64,000 nt of DNA. Source: Flectonema sp. DT1601 (lineage: Eukaryota). The stretch is from NCBI GenBank assembly GCA_964019425.1, contig OZ025805.1:186001-250000 (forward strand), written 5' to 3'. The translations under genes and the position numbers were made by a program. A model generated the notes under the pieces. That model ran no database searches. It was not told the DNA's origin and saw nothing but the letters and a program-made list of their open reading frames with translations. Below, piece by piece: positions 57,972 through 64,000 of the stretch. Position 1 is the stretch's first letter. Every line of letters starts with the position of its first letter.

Positions 57972-59528
57972 AAATTAAAAATAGTTGTATTTATTATTAT
58001 CTCCAGTCTAGATGACCCCCCTTTGGAGAGAGCAACGTTTGGATTAAAAATAACTTTTGATCTAATGTTATGTTTGATGACCGTGTTCTTCCCTTCGGTT
58101 TAATGTGATGTTGTCTGTCTTCCTTTTCCCTCTCTCACCCGATGCGGTTTGGCGGATGTGTATTTCGGAAGATGGTCATTCCATCTAACAAATGAATACA
58201 TGTCTCTCTTTGTAGAATACGACGAACACCTCTTTTTGAGTTGTTTTATTATCTTAGCTGCTGTTGAAATTGAGGAGAGCTAAATTTTCTTTTTTCCCTG
58301 TCGTATCATTTTTTTTTAATTATTTTATGAGAGTCTCACGGTTGGCTGGTAGCAATCTAACTGTTTACCCCCCTCCGTGTGTGTTCTTGACTTTTGGATT
58401 CCTAGGCTTCGTAAATAAATAAATAATTTTTTCTTTCATTTTTTTACATTTGTTAATATCACTCTTCTCTTTCTCTCCCTCTGCCCCCCCGCAAATAGTT
58501 AACTTGACTGACAAGCCCTATCCTGGCGAGCTCCGATGGATTTTTATCTTTGAACGATAGCAACTTCAACATAGAATGAAGTCCCTTAGAACTTACTGAT
58601 GAAGGACTAAAAAGGGACAAGTAGTATAAGATTAAGGCTCCTGAAACTACATATTCTATTACCCTTTGATGTTAGGAAACTGTGGAAATGAATACTTTTC
58701 TTTTATTAATCTCTACTTTTCTTATTCTCACTTTTCTGTTCTAAAATTAATGATACTAACTTGACTGACAACCGTACTGATGATGAACTAAATGGAGGTA
58801 ACCTACCTCTTCTGGTCAATAAGACAAAAAAAAAAAAAAAAAAGGCCAAAAAAACATATTTCCCTAACAACGTGCAAATATTTCTTTTTCAGTCAAATCC
58901 CCTTAAAAATGTTAGCTGTTTTTACATTGTCAAAGTTTCACCCTCCCTGCCCCCCCATAGTGACTAACTCTACAACCGTACTGATGATTAAATAAATAAA
59001 TAAATAGTGGGCAAGCTGCCTTTGAATGTTCACTGTTTCGACAGATGTTCAAAAAAAAAAAATAAAAAAAAAGATCGTGTGTTTTTATTTTATTTTTTAA
59101 ATGATGTTTGTGAACTGGAGCATCCCTCTGTACTCTTAACAAAATTGTGACAAAAAAAAAAAAACAATTCATTTTTTTATTTTTAAAAAAAATTTCTCAA
59201 TCAATCAATTGCTGTACCGTAATTGTATTTATTTTTTCTATTTTTCTTTTTTTATATATCGAAAATAAAAACAACTCTCTCTCGATGCGAAAAAGAAGTA
59301 ATAATAATAAAATGATATTTAACTGTCTTCGCATTGGGTGTTTGTTGTAATATTTTTTTTTCAGTCTCAAAATGACATGTTTTTATTAATGAAATGAGAC
59401 AGCGTTCGTTAACCAGTTTTATTATAACAAGAATCACAACATATGACATGGTAGATGATGAGTAGGTATCTTTTTTTTTTTTTGAGGAGTAAATTTTTTA
59501 ATTCTTCTACGTTCTGTCAGTAACTTAA

Positions 59529-60949
<1,421 letters not shown>

Positions 60950-61373
60950 ATTGTACATCACACCACAAGATTCCCTCCACCCCTTTTTTTTTTTTCAGAA
61001 TTTCTTTTCTCCTCTCCTCCTTATTTTTTTTTTTTAAAAAAAAAACATTCTATTTTTTGTTGTAAATGTCCTCACGAAAAGAAAAAAAAGAAAAAAAATA
61101 AAAAAAATCACACCTTGGATTGTAAAGGTTCTTTTGGAAAACACCAACTCCTGTTCTCCTGAATTCATGTAGAGATAACAACGTTGTATCTTAGCATTAA
61201 TTATTATTAACAAAAAAGAGGGTCACCTAGATTGTTATTTATCAGTATGAACATAATAAAAAAAAAAGGGGAAAAAGTCATGATTATTTTTTTTAAAAAA
61301 AAAATTATTAATCACTTTTCATTTCCTTACAGAAAGTATTGTAGTTAGGTAATGATTGCCTGTGATTTATGTG

Positions 61374-63833
61374 ATGGGGGAATATGACAGTATTTCAGTA
61401 GGTCAGTATGGACTACGTCTGAGAAAATTACTCCTACGTGTTGGTAATGAAAATGAAACAGAACTGACCATCGATACCAATCCTGACCAGTCCGAAGTAT
61501 GTTGGAAAGACCAATTAAGTAACAACGAAAGGATACTTAAAAGTGATGGTAGCGGATCATGGATTTTAATATTTGATGGAAAAACTTACCACTCATCGAT
61601 ATCGTCATCACCGTTTGAGGCGCTGTGGGATAGCAATATTAAATTATCTCTTCCGATTAGTGCTCCGAAATCACCAGCATCGACGGTTACGTCTCGTTCT
61701 CGAATTGGAGAGCAGCAATCATGTCTGTCAGATGAATCACTTTCTCGTAAGGAGGAGACTCCAAGATCATCGCCGAGTATCGCAACGTTATCGATTCGAG
61801 ATGGCAACCATTTACGAAATATACGAAACAGTATAGGAATAGCTGCACTCTCTGTTGCATCGGAAGGCTCTACATCAGCTGCTTCTGTTGGTGGTGGTAA
61901 TGCGATATTCGGAGCTACTTGGGAATCTTTATCAGATATTAGTAAACAAGATGTATCAGAAGCTGGAGGTGGAGGTGGAGGTGACATCGAGTGGATTGAC
62001 AGCGATGGTGATAAGAGCAACAATTCTGAATTCACGGAAGAAATTTTCGAAAGCGAAGCGTCAACAGAACCAGAGCCAACATCAGACTACGAGGCTCTTC
62101 GAACCCGACTGAATCTAATGCTCGAAGTCCCATCTTCATCAGTCGGAGCTCAATTTGTCGCTGCGATTTCACTTCTAGCGATCACTGCTAGCACGATTGT
62201 TCTTTGTACTGAAACACTTCCTGAAAATCAAGTTCATGTCAGAGAAGGTTCTGTAAATTGGTTTGCAGTCGAAACAGGATTTGTTATTTTCTTTACTCTC
62301 GAATTGTTGATCAGGTTGTGGGCATCTCCTGAACGACTTCAATTCTGTAAAAGAATTTTAAACGCTCTCGACCTGGTTGCAATCCTCCCCTACTACATTG
62401 AGTTAATAGCTGCTGGTGGATCTGGTAACACCGCATCTGGACTACGTGTCCTTCGGGTTATAAGAGTCGTTAGGGTCTTTAGACTACTACGTATCGCTAG
62501 GTACGCAGAGGGTATTCAGTTGGTCGCGACTGTCATGTCTCAGTTGGGAGACGTGTTAGTTTTAGTCCTTTTCGTGATAGCCATCTCGCTTATGGTTTGG
62601 AGTAGTTGTTTGTTTTACTTTGAAGGATTTTCAATTTCCTCTTTTGATAAACAAAATACTCGTTGGACTAGAGAGAATGAAGTAACTTCACTGATTCCAA
62701 CCAGAGAATATTCACCTTTTCAAAGCATCCCAGCAACTTTCTGGTGGTGTATATCAACCATCACAGTAGTCGGTTACGGAGATGAAGTTCCTTACAGTCC
62801 TTCAGCAAAAGCACTTGCGGCATTTGCGATGCTTTCAGGAACTTTTATTATTGCGATTCCTGCATCTGTTTTTGGAAGTAATTTTTTATCAGAACATCAT
62901 AGAAGGGGTGTTTTAAAGAAAGAACAAAAACATAAAACGGAAGACGACCACAGTCTTATCCTGTCAGCTATCCTCAGCGTTTCATTGGGTAACTGTGGTG
63001 TTGAGGATCAGCGAACGGGAGGAGTCTCTGATGACATCATAAACAGACTCTTGTGGGATGATCAATTCAACGAAATGGCATCAACCCTGGCTATGAAATA
63101 TAAAAATACCGGAAGAGGATTGTCAGACGAAGATTCTGATTATTTACCAAAATTAAAAGCAATTCATTCTCGGACATCAGTCTTGCAGATGAGTCCAATT
63201 GCTCTTGCTCACAGTTCTCTATTTAGTATAGGACCTGCCGGCATCAATACGTTGGTCAATATTCCAATGGCGAAGAATAGAGTTCACGATTCGACTCCTG
63301 ATTCCAGTGCCTTTGCTGGGATTCCTCAGGCAAGTAGTGGGCTTCCAGTCCCAGTTTCAAGATTTGAGGGTACTCAGACGTTTAAAAAACGTCGATCAGT
63401 CAGGAGAAAGAGTACTTTCGCAGGTGAAGACGAAGCTCTGTCTCACACGGTGATGAATAAACTACTTAGAAACTGTCAGTCTTATCATTCTGATTTATCT
63501 GTTCATACTCTTCGTGAACGTGATAAAGCAATGGCTAGAGATGAGAACAGGGGGCTTCAACCGTCAAATATCCGTCTTGACGATGTCTATTTATCAAACA
63601 AACCGACTACATCATACGCAGCATCTTCATTTGGTGTTCCCAGTGATGGTGTTGTCTCTCCTCCACAGTTGATACTGATACCCGCAACACCTGATCGAAA
63701 ATCTTTAAGAAAACCTTTAGAACTAGATGGTACTGTCAGTAGTATTGATGACGAAGAGCAGGTCAGAACTAGTCCACAACATTCGATTAGCTCTGTTCCG
63801 ACTTTAGATGTAAATGGAGTTCGTGTTGAGTAG
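61374..63833 (+). CDS. Voltage-gated potassium channel (Kv-like, 6TM)
   Basis: S1-S3 (TETLP; FTLELLIR; NALDLVAILPYYIEL), S4 LRVLRVIRVVRVFRLLRIARY, pore FQSIPATFWWCISTITVVGYGD, S6 IIAIPASVFGSNF. First in-frame ATG at 61374. Confidence 0.93.
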   Translation: MGEYDSISVGQYGLRLRKLLLRVGNENETELTIDTNPDQSEVCWKDQLSNNERILKSDGSGSWILIFDGKTYHSSISSSPFEALWDSNIKLSLPISAPKSPASTVTSRSRIGEQQSCLSDESLSRKEETPRSSPSIATLSIRDGNHLRNIRNSIGIAALSVASEGSTSAASVGGGNAIFGATWESLSDISKQDVSEAGGGGGGDIEWIDSDGDKSNNSEFTEEIFESEASTEPEPTSDYEALRTRLNLMLEVPSSSVGAQFVAAISLLAITASTIVLCTETLPENQVHVREGSVNWFAVETGFVIFFTLELLIRLWASPERLQFCKRILNALDLVAILPYYIELIAAGGSGNTASGLRVLRVIRVVRVFRLLRIARYAEGIQLVATVMSQLGDVLVLVLFVIAISLMVWSSCLFYFEGFSISSFDKQNTRWTRENEVTSLIPTREYSPFQSIPATFWWCISTITVVGYGDEVPYSPSAKALAAFAMLSGTFIIAIPASVFGSNFLSEHHRRGVLKKEQKHKTEDDHSLILSAILSVSLGNCGVEDQRTGGVSDDIINRLLWDDQFNEMASTLAMKYKNTGRGLSDEDSDYLPKLKAIHSRTSVLQMSPIALAHSSLFSIGPAGINTLVNIPMAKNRVHDSTPDSSAFAGIPQASSGLPVPVSRFEGTQTFKKRRSVRRKSTFAGEDEALSHTVMNKLLRNCQSYHSDLSVHTLRERDKAMARDENRGLQPSNIRLDDVYLSNKPTTSYAASSFGVPSDGVVSPPQLILIPATPDRKSLRKPLELDGTVSSIDDEEQVRTSPQHSISSVPTLDVNGVRVE

Positions 63834-64000
63834 CGAGATGAATCCATAAGAATCTTTTAACAAAATGATTAAGATTTTGTTTTGAACTGATGACGTCGGA
63901 GAAGAAACTATTCAGATTAAGAGCCGTTTATTTATTATTGTCAAAATGTTATCTGTTTTCCCCGTGCGCCAGTAAAACTACTCTGCGATCAACAAAATAC

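Noticed and set aside
57490..59000. C/D-box snoRNA cluster (TGATGA / CTGA motifs, repeated ACAACCGTACTGATGAT)
   Set aside because: I could not identify rRNA-complementary guides or convincing terminal stems; snoscan or Infernal would be needed.

Overview
Eukaryotic nuclear DNA, probably from a euglenozoan with spliceosomal introns such as a diplonemid. This is inferred from the beta-tubulin residues, its ...EQY C-terminus and the VIPER/TATE-like gene order of a retroelement. The window has three zones. (1) 1-39.3 kb: a degraded tyrosine-recombinase-class RT/RNase H, an LSU rRNA fragment, and about 37 kb built from two related non-coding element families, here called X and Y. X and Y share a terminal stem-loop with compensatory base changes. 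They keep one fixed end, are variably truncated at the other, insert into each other without target-site duplication, and carry hairpin-rich satellites, a TA MITE and a tRNA-like cassette. The block is triplicated at about the 10 kb scale. (2) 39.3-50.3 kb: mobile-element fragments separated by pieces of the same repeats. These are a 5'-truncated HERO-like RLE non-LTR ORF fused to a long coiled-coil extension, a second TA MITE, a VIPER/TATE-like gag-YR-RT fragment, and an endogenous Polinton/Maverick-type minor and major capsid module followed by an orphan ORF. (3) 50.7-64 kb: co-directional host genes (kinesin, beta-tubulin with one intron, voltage-gated K+ channel). All homology calls come from motif recognition by eye; no database search was run.
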